From contig CAXYYH010000003.1 of NCBI GenBank assembly GCA_964293995.1, positions 5,176-69,175 of the forward strand: a DNA stretch of 64,000 bases. The letters are read 5' to 3'. The stretch comes from an uncultured Anaerolineaceae bacterium. GTDB lineage: Bacteria; Chloroflexota; Anaerolineae; Anaerolineales; Anaerolineaceae. This document shows positions 56,356 to 64,000 of the stretch, in pieces. A model generated the notes under the pieces. The model saw only the letters and a program-made list of their open reading frames with translations, made no database searches and had not been told where the DNA came from. The position numbers and the translations under genes are program-made. Position 1 is the stretch's first letter; every line of letters starts with the position of its first letter.

Positions 56356-57105
56356 ATGACAAATACAGAAACTCAAAACAACCTGCGTGAAAAACGCATC
56401 GCGATCCTGATCGACGGTGACAACGCGCAAGCATCCCTTATAGAACAGATCGTGGTCGAATCCAGCCGTTATGGCAACGCCACCATCCGCCGGATTTACG
56501 GCGACTGGACTTCGAACAGCATGAAATCCTGGAAGGATACGCTTAATTCTTACGCCTTTCAGCCTTTCCAGCAATTCAGCTATTCGGTGGGTAAAAACTC
56601 AACCGATTCAGCCATGATCATCGACGCGATGGATATTCTCCATACCAACCAAACCGATGGCTTTTGTCTGGTCTCCAGTGACAGCGACTACACTCGTCTG
56701 GCAACCCGTTTGCGCGAAAGCGGAAAGTTAGTGGTTGGGATCGGCAAAAATTCGACGCCGCGCGCTTTTGTTTCAGCCTGTGACGTTTTCATTTACACTG
56801 AAAACCTTGAAATGCGCGAACGCCAGAAGCGTCAGGCGGCGGCGCGCCAGCAGATGAGCAAGGAAGAACAAAGCCTGGTTGACAATATTGAAGACGCAAT
56901 CGAAATGGCGGGGACGGACGATGACGGTTGGGCGCGCCTTTCGGAAGTCGGCACGGCTTTACGTCGTATCGATCCTGGTTTTGACCCACGCACGTACGGC
57001 GCCAAACAATTAGCCCCCCTGATCCGTGCCCGAAAGACGCATTTTGACATCAAAAAATTGACCGGAAAATCGACGATCGTTGTCCGGTCGAAAGATGAAT
57101 CTTAA
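56356..57105 (+). CDS. NYN-domain (LabA-like) protein with C-terminal OST-HTH/LOTUS domain
   Basis: IAILIDGDN, NSTDSAMIIDAMD, LVSSDSDYTRLA (NYN). C-terminal WARLSEVGTALRRIDPGFDPRTYG is LOTUS-like. Confidence 0.85.
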   Translation: MTNTETQNNLREKRIAILIDGDNAQASLIEQIVVESSRYGNATIRRIYGDWTSNSMKSWKDTLNSYAFQPFQQFSYSVGKNSTDSAMIIDAMDILHTNQTDGFCLVSSDSDYTRLATRLRESGKLVVGIGKNSTPRAFVSACDVFIYTENLEMRERQKRQAAARQQMSKEEQSLVDNIEDAIEMAGTDDDGWARLSEVGTALRRIDPGFDPRTYGAKQLAPLIRARKTHFDIKKLTGKSTIVVRSKDES

Positions 57106-57122
57106 TTTCTTAGCGTAACCGG

Positions 57123-58685
57123 CTAATCCCTGGCAGGGTAGCCGGTTATTTCCTGAATTTCCTGATAAAGCGGGGCCAGTCTTTTGTACATTTTCAGGTA
57201 GACACGTTCGTATAGCTCGCTGTAAAGTGCGTGATTTTTGGGATCTGGCGAAAAAGTATCCCGGATATGTGTCATCTGCTCAACCGCGGTAGGAAAATCG
57301 GGCTGGAGTTTCAGACCGACTGCCAGGTCGATGGCGGCGCCGAGCCCGCTGGCTTCGTAGACATGCGGCCGACTAACGGGCATGCCAAAGACGTCCGCTG
57401 TCAGCTGCAGGGCGGCTTCGCTTTGCGAGCCACCGCCCGCCACGCGCACTTCGGTGATCGGCACGCCGCTGCGTCTGCTGGTGCGTTCGGCGCCTTCGCG
57501 CAGCGCGTATGCCAGGCCCTCCAGGATGGAGCGATACAAGTGCGCACGGGTGTGCACGCCGCCAAAACCAATCACGGCTCCTTTGGCGTCGGGCCCGGGA
57601 GATTTCAGCCCAGGCGCCCAATAGGGCTGCAAGGTCAGACCCATCGAGCCAGCTGGGACGGAATTGACCAGATCGTCAAACAGTGCTTCAGGTGCAACCC
57701 CGCGCTCTTTGGCCAGGCGCTGTTCGTTGTGCCCAAACTCCCGCAGGAACCATGAGACCATCCAGTAGCCGCGGAAAAGCTGAATTTCAAGGGAATAGGA
57801 GCCGGGAACCGCGGCGGGATAGGGCGGAATGAGCGGGATCACTTCGACATATTTTTGGTGGATGGTGTTGATGGTTGAGGCGGTGCCGAACGAGAGGCAG
57901 CAAATGTTCGGCGCCAGCGTGCCGGAGCCGAGCACCTCGCAGGCTTTGTCTGCCGCAGCTGCGATCAACGGCAAACCAGCTGGAATGCCGGTTTCTTCTG
58001 CCGCCTGAGCCGAAATTTCGCCCAATAAACCAGTGGGAGGAACCAGATCGACCAACTTCTCACGTTCAACCGGAACAGCCTGCCACTTCCAGTCAAAATC
58101 GCCTGCCCAACGGTGATTCTTGTAATCAAAGGGCAGATGCGTCACCTGGCAGCTAACGGAATCAACGAATTTGCCGACCATTTTATGAGTGATGTAGCCC
58201 GAAAGAAGCACGATCTTATGGGTCTTCGCCCATATCTCGGGTTCCTGGGTGCGAATCCAGTTGGTTTTGGCTTCGCCCTGGAGATAGCGGATGGTCTTGT
58301 TCATGCCTGAGATCGCGAACAAAAGCCCCCAGATGCCACGAACGTTGGGCAGGCCGGGCGTTTGGCGCTGGTCGGACCAGTGAATGGCGGGACGGAGCGG
58401 TTCGCCGTGGCTGTCGAGGCTGATGATGACGTTGCGTTGGGTCGTGAGCGCGACACCAGCGATCTGCTGGCGGTCAACGCCGGGCTGGTTCCATAGATCG
58501 TGGCAGGCCTCACAAACACACTGCCAGAACACCTGCGGCTCCATCTCTGCCCAGCCGGGTTTGGGGACGTGGTATTTCGGGATGGGAACCTGGCCTTTCG
58601 CGAGCAAATTACCCTGCAGGTCAAAGATCAGAGTCCGGGTAGATTGCGTGCCAACGTCGATTGCCAGTAAGTGTTCTTTTGCCAT
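57123..58685 (-). CDS. FGGY-family carbohydrate kinase
   Basis: [12 protein letters not shown]-terminus and the C-terminal FGGY domain GGGSQS. Substrate not assignable. Confidence 0.9.
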   Translation of the reverse strand: MAKEHLLAIDVGTQSTRTLIFDLQGNLLAKGQVPIPKYHVPKPGWAEMEPQVFWQCVCEACHDLWNQPGVDRQQIAGVALTTQRNVIISLDSHGEPLRPAIHWSDQRQTPGLPNVRGIWGLLFAISGMNKTIRYLQGEAKTNWIRTQEPEIWAKTHKIVLLSGYITHKMVGKFVDSVSCQVTHLPFDYKNHRWAGDFDWKWQAVPVEREKLVDLVPPTGLLGEISAQAAEETGIPAGLPLIAAAADKACEVLGSGTLAPNICCLSFGTASTINTIHQKYVEVIPLIPPYPAAVPGSYSLEIQLFRGYWMVSWFLREFGHNEQRLAKERGVAPEALFDDLVNSVPAGSMGLTLQPYWAPGLKSPGPDAKGAVIGFGGVHTRAHLYRSILEGLAYALREGAERTSRRSGVPITEVRVAGGGSQSEAALQLTADVFGMPVSRPHVYEASGLGAAIDLAVGLKLQPDFPTAVEQMTHIRDTFSPDPKNHALYSELYERVYLKMYKRLAPLYQEIQEITGYPARD

Positions 58686-58813
58686 AAAAACCTCAGAGTC
58701 CTTGCTCCTCTTAATATCTTGCGAATGGTTTGCTGTGGAGCGGATTGTTTGTCGTGCCTTGATTGTATCCGTTTTTAGGAGGAGGCGAGCAAATCGATCG
58801 AGATATTAAAGAT

Positions 58814-58849
58814 TTGAGGCTGTCCCATCTGCATGGTAACAGCCTCAAT
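58814..58849 (-). terminator. Hairpin downstream of the tRNA-Ser pair
   Basis: ttgaggctgt/acagcctcaa, a 10-bp stem. Weak U-tract on the minus strand. Confidence 0.45.
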
Positions 58850-58852
58850 CAG

Positions 58853-58940
58853 GCGGAGAGGCAGGGATTCGAACCCTGGGTCGGTTTTACCCGACAACCA
58901 CTTAGCAGGCGGCCCCAATCGTCCACTCTGGCACCTCCCC
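58853..58940 (-). tRNA. tRNA-Ser (anticodon GCT)
   Basis: GGGGAGG-TG-CCA..TGG, anticodon loop CTGCTAA, long variable arm GTCGG/CCGAC, T arm CAGGG-TTCGAAT-CCCTG. Confidence 0.9.
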
Positions 58941-58964
58941 AATTGTAAAAGGCACTATGGCCAG

Positions 58965-59049
58965 CGGAGGAAGTGGGATTCGAACCCACGATAGGTTTCC
59001 CTATACCTGTTTTCAAGACAGGCGCCTTCGGCCGCTCGGCCATCCCTCC
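58965..59049 (-). tRNA. tRNA-Ser (anticodon TGA)
   Basis: GGAGGGA-TG-GCC..GGC, anticodon arm CCTGT-CTTGAAA-ACAGG, long variable arm, T arm GTGGG-TTCGAAT-CCCAC. Confidence 0.92.
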
Positions 59050-59150
59050 ATAGAGCCAAAATTCTAACATGAAAAGGCTTTGGCTTCAAGGTAAATCGTT
59101 CATCGTTTTTGTTGTTTGTTTTGTATATTGTGGATCATGTGAATCAAGGG

Positions 59151-59247
59151 ATGTCGGATTGAAATTAACCAGTTGGACGTCGGATTGAGATGGATCGCAT
59201 CTTGCGATCCATCTCAATACCCTAACGGGCACCTGGTTTCGACCTAC
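59151..59247 (+). repeat. Family-1 hairpin repeat: truncated half-copy R5a plus full copy R5b carrying a 19-nt insert
   Basis: atGTCGGATTGAaattaaccagttg | gacGTCGGATTGAgatggatcgca-tctt-gcgatccatcTCAAT[accctaacgggcacctggt]TTCGACCTAC. Confidence 0.8.
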
Positions 59248-59255
59248 GACTACGA

Positions 59256-61082
59256 CTACTTTTTCTGATTCGTTATCCCGCTTTGCGTGCGGGTGCTGCT
59301 GTTGAAGCGGAAGAAGAGGCTGCCGAAGTGGATCAGATCGGCATGCTGCAGGTTTTTGCCGTGGGTGGTCACGGGTTCGAAATTGACGTAGGTGCCCGAA
59401 GTCGAGTTGAAATCGGTAATGCGGATGCGCCCATCGTTGAAAAAGTGAATTTCCGCGTGCAAGGGTTCCAAGGAAGGGTGGTCCAGGACCAGGTTCGCTT
59501 TGGTCGCGTCGCGCCCGATCAGGGTCACTTCATTCACCAATAAGAGTGGTTTCTCTGCCGATGGGGTTTGATCAGGGTCGAGCTTTATCAGACTGCCGTA
59601 GCTTTTGAGGGTCACAAAAGTTGGGGCAGCCAGGGCTTGCTCTGCCTTTCCCTCGTTTTTTTCTGGCTCGCTTCTCTCGGAAGAGACTTTTTTGGCGGGT
59701 TTGCGGAAGATGAGGAAAGCGATCAGACCAGCCAAAGCAAGCAGGCTTAACCACAACCAGTAGCTGGCGTACCAGGCGTTTTTAAAGGGACTTTCAGGTT
59801 GGAAAATGTCCAGTTGGATCGTTTGAGGGCCTGATCTTGCCTGCAAACCCAGCTGATCCTCCAGGCGAACCTCCAATCGCAGCTCGTCAGCTTCGTGATA
59901 GTCCTGCAAATTGACGACAAAACTTCCGTATGGAGCGGCTGTGTTGCTTTGAACCTCTTTACCGTTAACGAAAAGGCTTGAACGAACAATACCGCGCGGA
60001 TAGCCATCCGGGAATTCGATCAACACTTCCAGCGGCAGGCTACCTGGGCTAAGGGAGCCATCCGCGCTTTGAATTAATTCAAGCTTTTCAGGCGGATTGA
60101 TGAAACTCAACCTGGCCGCTTCAACTCGTAGATCAATACCCGAAACATCAGAGCGCAGGATGCTGCCATCAGCCATTTCAACTTCAAGCGCTACATTGAC
60201 TTTACCGCTTTGGCGGATACGCGACTGATAGGTGAGGCTGTAGCGATTGCCTTTAGCGGTTAAATAATCAGTGGGGTCGGGCACTTCCTCCAGCCCGGTG
60301 AAGGCGCTGAGACTGCCGCCAGTGGTCTGGAGCGCGTCTCGCAGATTGGTCTCGTATGAAGAACCGAGCATGCGCCTGTCCATCACGATCCAGACGTGCA
60401 TAGGAACATTGATAGCCGCAGCCCGCTCGACCAGACTGAAGAAGCCAGGCAGGATCGAGGGGTGAAGATAGGGCGTTATATAAAGCAGAACTGTGTCGAG
60501 ATCCGACTCGCTGTTTTCGAGCGCGGTGATCGCATTATTCAGACTGTCAAGCGAAGAGGTAAGTTTGCGTTGGTTTTCCTTATAAGCATCGATCTCTTCA
60601 ACCCAGGCGTCGTAATTGTTCAGCTCAGATATGCTGATATCGGGGTTGATGTGCAGGCTGTAGCGGTTTGCCTGCGGGTGGTCAGGGTCCGGGCCGATCA
60701 GTTTGACAGCCTGGATCATTTCTCCATAATACTGTAGTCCGCTGACCCCGCTGAGGGTCAGGGAATATTCCGGGTTGATGACCAGGGAAAAGTGAATTCC
60801 CACATAATTCGTCTCAAGGTTGTCAGGAGAGATTTTTTCGTTGTTCTCGATGACCGTAAATTTGGAACCAGACGGAGGTAGACCGGCGGGTAGGTTTTGC
60901 CCTTTAAAATCGAGCCGGATGGTCGGGAAATCACGTGTGTCTGTACCGGTGATCTGCAGGGTTGGCTCAGGCGCTTGCGCGTAGCCAGCGGTATTTGGCG
61001 CCATGACTACGAGCATCACGAAAACCAGCAGGAGGCAGAACAGTCTGATTCGCATGGGTTGAGTTTCTCGACGGGCTAACAT
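59256..61082 (-). CDS. Single-pass membrane protein: large extracytoplasmic domain, TM helix, cytoplasmic C-terminal FHA domain
   Basis: Signal peptide, TM helix YWLWLSLLALAGLIAFLIF, FHA core TLIGRD....LVLDHPSLEPLHAEI......I.D.NSTSGTYVN. An alternative start is at 61055. Confidence 0.8.
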   Translation of the reverse strand: MLARRETQPMRIRLFCLLLVFVMLVVMAPNTAGYAQAPEPTLQITGTDTRDFPTIRLDFKGQNLPAGLPPSGSKFTVIENNEKISPDNLETNYVGIHFSLVINPEYSLTLSGVSGLQYYGEMIQAVKLIGPDPDHPQANRYSLHINPDISISELNNYDAWVEEIDAYKENQRKLTSSLDSLNNAITALENSESDLDTVLLYITPYLHPSILPGFFSLVERAAAINVPMHVWIVMDRRMLGSSYETNLRDALQTTGGSLSAFTGLEEVPDPTDYLTAKGNRYSLTYQSRIRQSGKVNVALEVEMADGSILRSDVSGIDLRVEAARLSFINPPEKLELIQSADGSLSPGSLPLEVLIEFPDGYPRGIVRSSLFVNGKEVQSNTAAPYGSFVVNLQDYHEADELRLEVRLEDQLGLQARSGPQTIQLDIFQPESPFKNAWYASYWLWLSLLALAGLIAFLIFRKPAKKVSSERSEPEKNEGKAEQALAAPTFVTLKSYGSLIKLDPDQTPSAEKPLLLVNEVTLIGRDATKANLVLDHPSLEPLHAEIHFFNDGRIRITDFNSTSGTYVNFEPVTTHGKNLQHADLIHFGSLFFRFNSSTRTQSGITNQKK

Positions 61083-61145
61083 GAGTCCTTGTGCCCTCTC
61101 CTGAGCTGTTGAGAGGGGAACTTTTCTTATTTTAATTGATCTTTC

Positions 61146-61973
61146 TTATTCGATCAGACCGATATGTCGAAAGGCTTTCAGGAGTCCATCCTGATGGATT
61201 GGCGCGGTTACGTGGTCGGCGACCGCCTTAAGCGCGGGAATCGCGTTCCCCATCGCGACACCTGTGCCAGCTGTTTGGATCATCTCGAAGTCATTATCGC
61301 CATCGCCAAAACTATAGGCATCTGACAAAGGTTTGCCGAGGTGATCCATGATAAATTCGACCGCGCTTCCTTTACTGATATCAGATTGGAAGATATCCGC
61401 GAATTCCCGTTCGTTTCCAAACAGAGCCCATAGGCCAAGCGTCAGTTCGGGCTGGATGAACGCGCGCAAGGCCTCCAAATCGACTTCATCGTTCAAAACG
61501 ATGGAAACTTTGTTGACGTTTTGATGAGCTTGTGTGCAATTGTATTCCGTTGTCGGGAAGAGACTGTCCGTTTTTTTGATCGCATCTTCGATGCTGATTT
61601 CCAGCCGACGACTAAAAGCAGGCAGGTAGCTGGTGTGCGCGTAGAGGCTGTGGTTGCCCTCTTCAAAAAACCCGATGCCGTGGTCTACCAGATAATCATA
61701 AACCCTGAGGAGCAGATCCTGTCGGAGAGGCTTATAGAAGAGCGTTTTTCTGTTCTCCTCGATATAGATACCGTTACCACCAATAAAACCATCGAAGCCA
61801 AGCTCCCAAAGATGGTCATAAACCTGGCAGACTCCGCGGCCTGTATTCATATAGATCCTGTGCCCGTTGGCTTTGGCTGCTTTAAAAGATTCGATGGCTG
61901 AAGCGGGTGGCGTAAATTTATGATCGATAAACGTGCCGTCAAGATCAAGAAAGATTACTTTGTTTTTGAGCAT
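61146..61973 (-). CDS. HAD-IIB (Cof-type) phosphatase
   Basis: IFLDLDGTF motif I, GDGDNDFEM motif IV. Confidence 0.88.
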   Translation of the reverse strand: MLKNKVIFLDLDGTFIDHKFTPPASAIESFKAAKANGHRIYMNTGRGVCQVYDHLWELGFDGFIGGNGIYIEENRKTLFYKPLRQDLLLRVYDYLVDHGIGFFEEGNHSLYAHTSYLPAFSRRLEISIEDAIKKTDSLFPTTEYNCTQAHQNVNKVSIVLNDEVDLEALRAFIQPELTLGLWALFGNEREFADIFQSDISKGSAVEFIMDHLGKPLSDAYSFGDGDNDFEMIQTAGTGVAMGNAIPALKAVADHVTAPIHQDGLLKAFRHIGLIE

Positions 61974-62028
61974 TTTTCACCTGACCTGGTCCGGTTAGAG
62001 ACCAGGTCTTCTATTGTTTTTGTGTTTT

Positions 62029-62325
62029 CTAATCGGCTGTGTAAACATCCCGATATTCATCAGTTCTTTGCAACACTTTGAGCGCATAAGGGCAGGTTGC
62101 GCCAAGTTTAACACCAGCTTTGCGCGCTTCGGCAACCAGATTCGCGATGAGATCGCGGGCGATGCTGCCGCCACGATATTCAGGCCGCACGCCGGTGTGA
62201 TTCACGCTCCAGATTCCATCACGATCATGGTAGGTGACCTCGCCAATCTGTTCGCCAGACTCATTCAGAGCCAGGATCTCCCGTCGGGCAGGGTTAAAAT
62301 GATAGCTGATCACCGCTGCTGGCAT
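62029..62325 (-). CDS. Small GNAT-fold N-acetyltransferase (YjdJ-like)
   Basis: 98 aa. HTGVRPEYRGGSIARDL and CPYALKV are typical of the short GNAT_2 family. Confidence 0.78.
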   Translation of the reverse strand: MPAAVISYHFNPARREILALNESGEQIGEVTYHDRDGIWSVNHTGVRPEYRGGSIARDLIANLVAEARKAGVKLGATCPYALKVLQRTDEYRDVYTAD

Positions 62326-62343
62326 ATTTCCCTGATCGGGCGG

Positions 62344-63093
62344 CTATTTTGCCTTGCCCTGATTGGCTACCGCCTGCATTTGCGCTTTGATGGCTTCCTG
62401 GTCGCCCAGATAATACTTGTTGAGTACATTGAAGTTCTCATCAAATTCGTAGACCAGCGGAACGCCTGTAGGGATGTTGACGCCAACGATCTCTTCTTCG
62501 CTCATGTTGTCGAAGGTTTTGACCATCGCCCGCAGGGAGTTACCGTGAGCGACCACCAAAACGCGTTTGCCAGCCAGCATGGCGGGTTTGATCACTTCTT
62601 CGAAATAAGGCATGGCACGTGTTACTGTGATGGCAAGGCTCTCGGTCAGGGGCAGCTCCGATTTGTCGCTGACGTCGCGATACTGGGCCTGAACGCGTGG
62701 GCTGCGTTCGTCATCTTCTTCCAGTTCCGGGGGAGGGGTGGCATAAGAACGGCGCCAGATCAGCACCTGTTCTTCGCCGTATTTCGCGGCTGTTTCGGCT
62801 TTGTTCAGACCTTGCAGGGCGCCATAATGGCGTTCATTCAGCTTCCAGGATTTGATCACCGGCAGCCAGGTGCGATCCATCTGATCCAGAACAATATCAA
62901 GGGTATGGATCGCGCGTTTGAGGTAGGACGTGTAGCAGACGTCAAAGTCGAAGCCTTGTTCCTTGAGCAAGCGCCCACCGGTCGCGGCTTCTTCGCGTCC
63001 TTTTTCGGTCAGTTCAACGTCTGTCCAGCCAGTGAAGAGATTGAGCTTGTTCCATTCACTTTCGCCGTGGCGTATTAATACTAATTTCATCAT
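62344..63093 (-). CDS. gpmA: 2,3-bisphosphoglycerate-dependent phosphoglycerate mutase
   Basis: [10 protein letters not shown] active-site motif, 249 aa. Confidence 0.95.
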   Translation of the reverse strand: MMKLVLIRHGESEWNKLNLFTGWTDVELTEKGREEAATGGRLLKEQGFDFDVCYTSYLKRAIHTLDIVLDQMDRTWLPVIKSWKLNERHYGALQGLNKAETAAKYGEEQVLIWRRSYATPPPELEEDDERSPRVQAQYRDVSDKSELPLTESLAITVTRAMPYFEEVIKPAMLAGKRVLVVAHGNSLRAMVKTFDNMSEEEIVGVNIPTGVPLVYEFDENFNVLNKYYLGDQEAIKAQMQAVANQGKAK

Positions 63094-63160
63094 CTTGGTC
63101 TCCTTATATATTAATCATTGTTATGTTAACTGCAATCGGCAGCCTTCCGCGAGGCAGGGT

Positions 63161-63763
63161 TTACAGGATCGAGGATGCCTTAAGCAGCTTTTGCTTTTTG
63201 CGCAAGGCGATAAAGCCCATGATCATCATTACCAGAGCAATGATATGGAAGATCAACCCCGGCCAGTATTGGATCCAGACTATGATGGCGGTATCGATCA
63301 GGTATAATGCCATGCCCGCAAGCCAGGCCCAGCTGTGATCCCGTTTGGCAAACCAACCCAAAATGACGAAAATGGCGGCGATGAGCAGGTTGAGCCCGAC
63401 GTTTAATGCGATGAAGAGGGTGTGATTATCACTTTTTTGGGAAAGCATTACCGCAATATAGTCGATGATCTGAGTCGCGCCAAGCCCAATGACAAAACGA
63501 ATGGTCGCTTTGAAAAGACCCAGGACCGTATTCAGGAAGGAAAAAATGCCTACAGCTGAGATCCAGCTGGCGCCGCTATGAATGCGCTGCGTGATACGCC
63601 CAAGGTCGGCGTTAGCCTGCTGGGGTTGAGTTGGGTAAACAGTTGAAGCCGCGGGCGCGGATGTGAAGCCGTCTGACTGAGATTGAGTAGCCGAAGGATT
63701 TGGCGCCTCATGATAATTTGGCACCTCCACTAATGGAGGCAGTTGATTGTTATTATCTGTCAT
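63161..63763 (-). CDS. Hypothetical membrane protein with Gln/Pro-rich N-terminus (4 TM)
   Basis: GGAGAT lies 7 nt upstream of the ATG at 63763 (MTDNNNQ). Hydrophobic helices, no recognised family. Confidence 0.6.
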   Translation of the reverse strand: MTDNNNQLPPLVEVPNYHEAPNPSATQSQSDGFTSAPAASTVYPTQPQQANADLGRITQRIHSGASWISAVGIFSFLNTVLGLFKATIRFVIGLGATQIIDYIAVMLSQKSDNHTLFIALNVGLNLLIAAIFVILGWFAKRDHSWAWLAGMALYLIDTAIIVWIQYWPGLIFHIIALVMMIMGFIALRKKQKLLKASSIL

Positions 63764-64000
63764 AGGATATCTCCGTAATTCTTTTTTGATTTCATCTATT
63801 ATAAACGGCAAGTAGGTGAAATTGCTGATCATATAGACTTTACACGATGGTGGTTTAAAAGAGGATCGTTCGGCCTGCCTGACGCTTAAGTCAAAACTTC
63901 AATTATTTTTTAAAAATTGGAACGAATTGCTGGGAAAGTCAAAGTCAGTTTTTGATCCGGTTTCTTATTTGCTTCAATGCAGCACAATACAAGGGAGAAA

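Noticed and set aside
55449-58852. tRNA-bounded segment as an integrated mobile island
   Set aside because: It has no integrase or mobility genes and no duplicated tRNA 3' end (att) that I can see. Its content (msrA, NYN protein, sugar kinase) is ordinary. Only the flanking hairpin repeats are notable, and they are reported separately.

Overview
Dense chromosomal segment with about 55 protein genes and 4 tRNAs, almost all housekeeping or central metabolism. Functional calls come from motifs I recognise in the translated ORFs; no searches were run.

Main gene content:
- Proteases: S41 fragment, S8 subtilase, PepF.
- One-carbon and carbon metabolism: formate-THF ligase, lactate permease, mevalonate-pathway decarboxylase, DeoC, class II aldolase, GpmA.
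- A YgeY-like/YgeW-like gene pair.
- A large glycerol/dihydroxyacetone locus: three-gene G3P dehydrogenase set divergent from glpF-dhaK-dhaL-glpK-x-dhaM.
- Translation and RNA functions: serS, cysS, glnS, tilS, rlmB, der.
- Envelope and signalling: coaE, cdaA-cdaR, lepB, an LCP protein, a PIN-TRAM protein.
- A MarR plus heterodimeric ABC exporter operon.

Thr/Pro-rich linkers, the orphan MVA decarboxylase and the gene mix suggest a Chloroflexota (Anaerolineae-like) genome. This is inference only.

I see no transposase, phage genes, CRISPR array or recognisable defence system, so this is mostly an ordinary core region.

The most unusual content is non-coding:
- Family 1: a dispersed hairpin repeat with conserved GTAG-type flanks, a conserved one-base bulge and an upper stem that differs yet stays complementary in every copy. 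It occurs as solo copies, head-to-head doublets and nested half-copies.
- Family 2: a GGACGGGG...CCCCGTCC hairpin family that also forms inverted doublets and shares a 17-20 nt module with one family-1 copy.
- Several short tandem repeats next to promoters and tRNAs.

Coding oddities:
- A Xer-like protein that has lost the catalytic Tyr and most of the catalytic pentad.
- A long, eukaryote-like FTHFS.
- CoaE with an extra C-terminal domain.
- Paralogous lipoproteins sharing an uncharacterised 2-Cys domain.
- A 57-aa membrane ORF overlapping the lctP stop, absent from the ORF track.
- A CAT-anticodon tRNA that looks more like tRNA-Ile2 than tRNA-Met.
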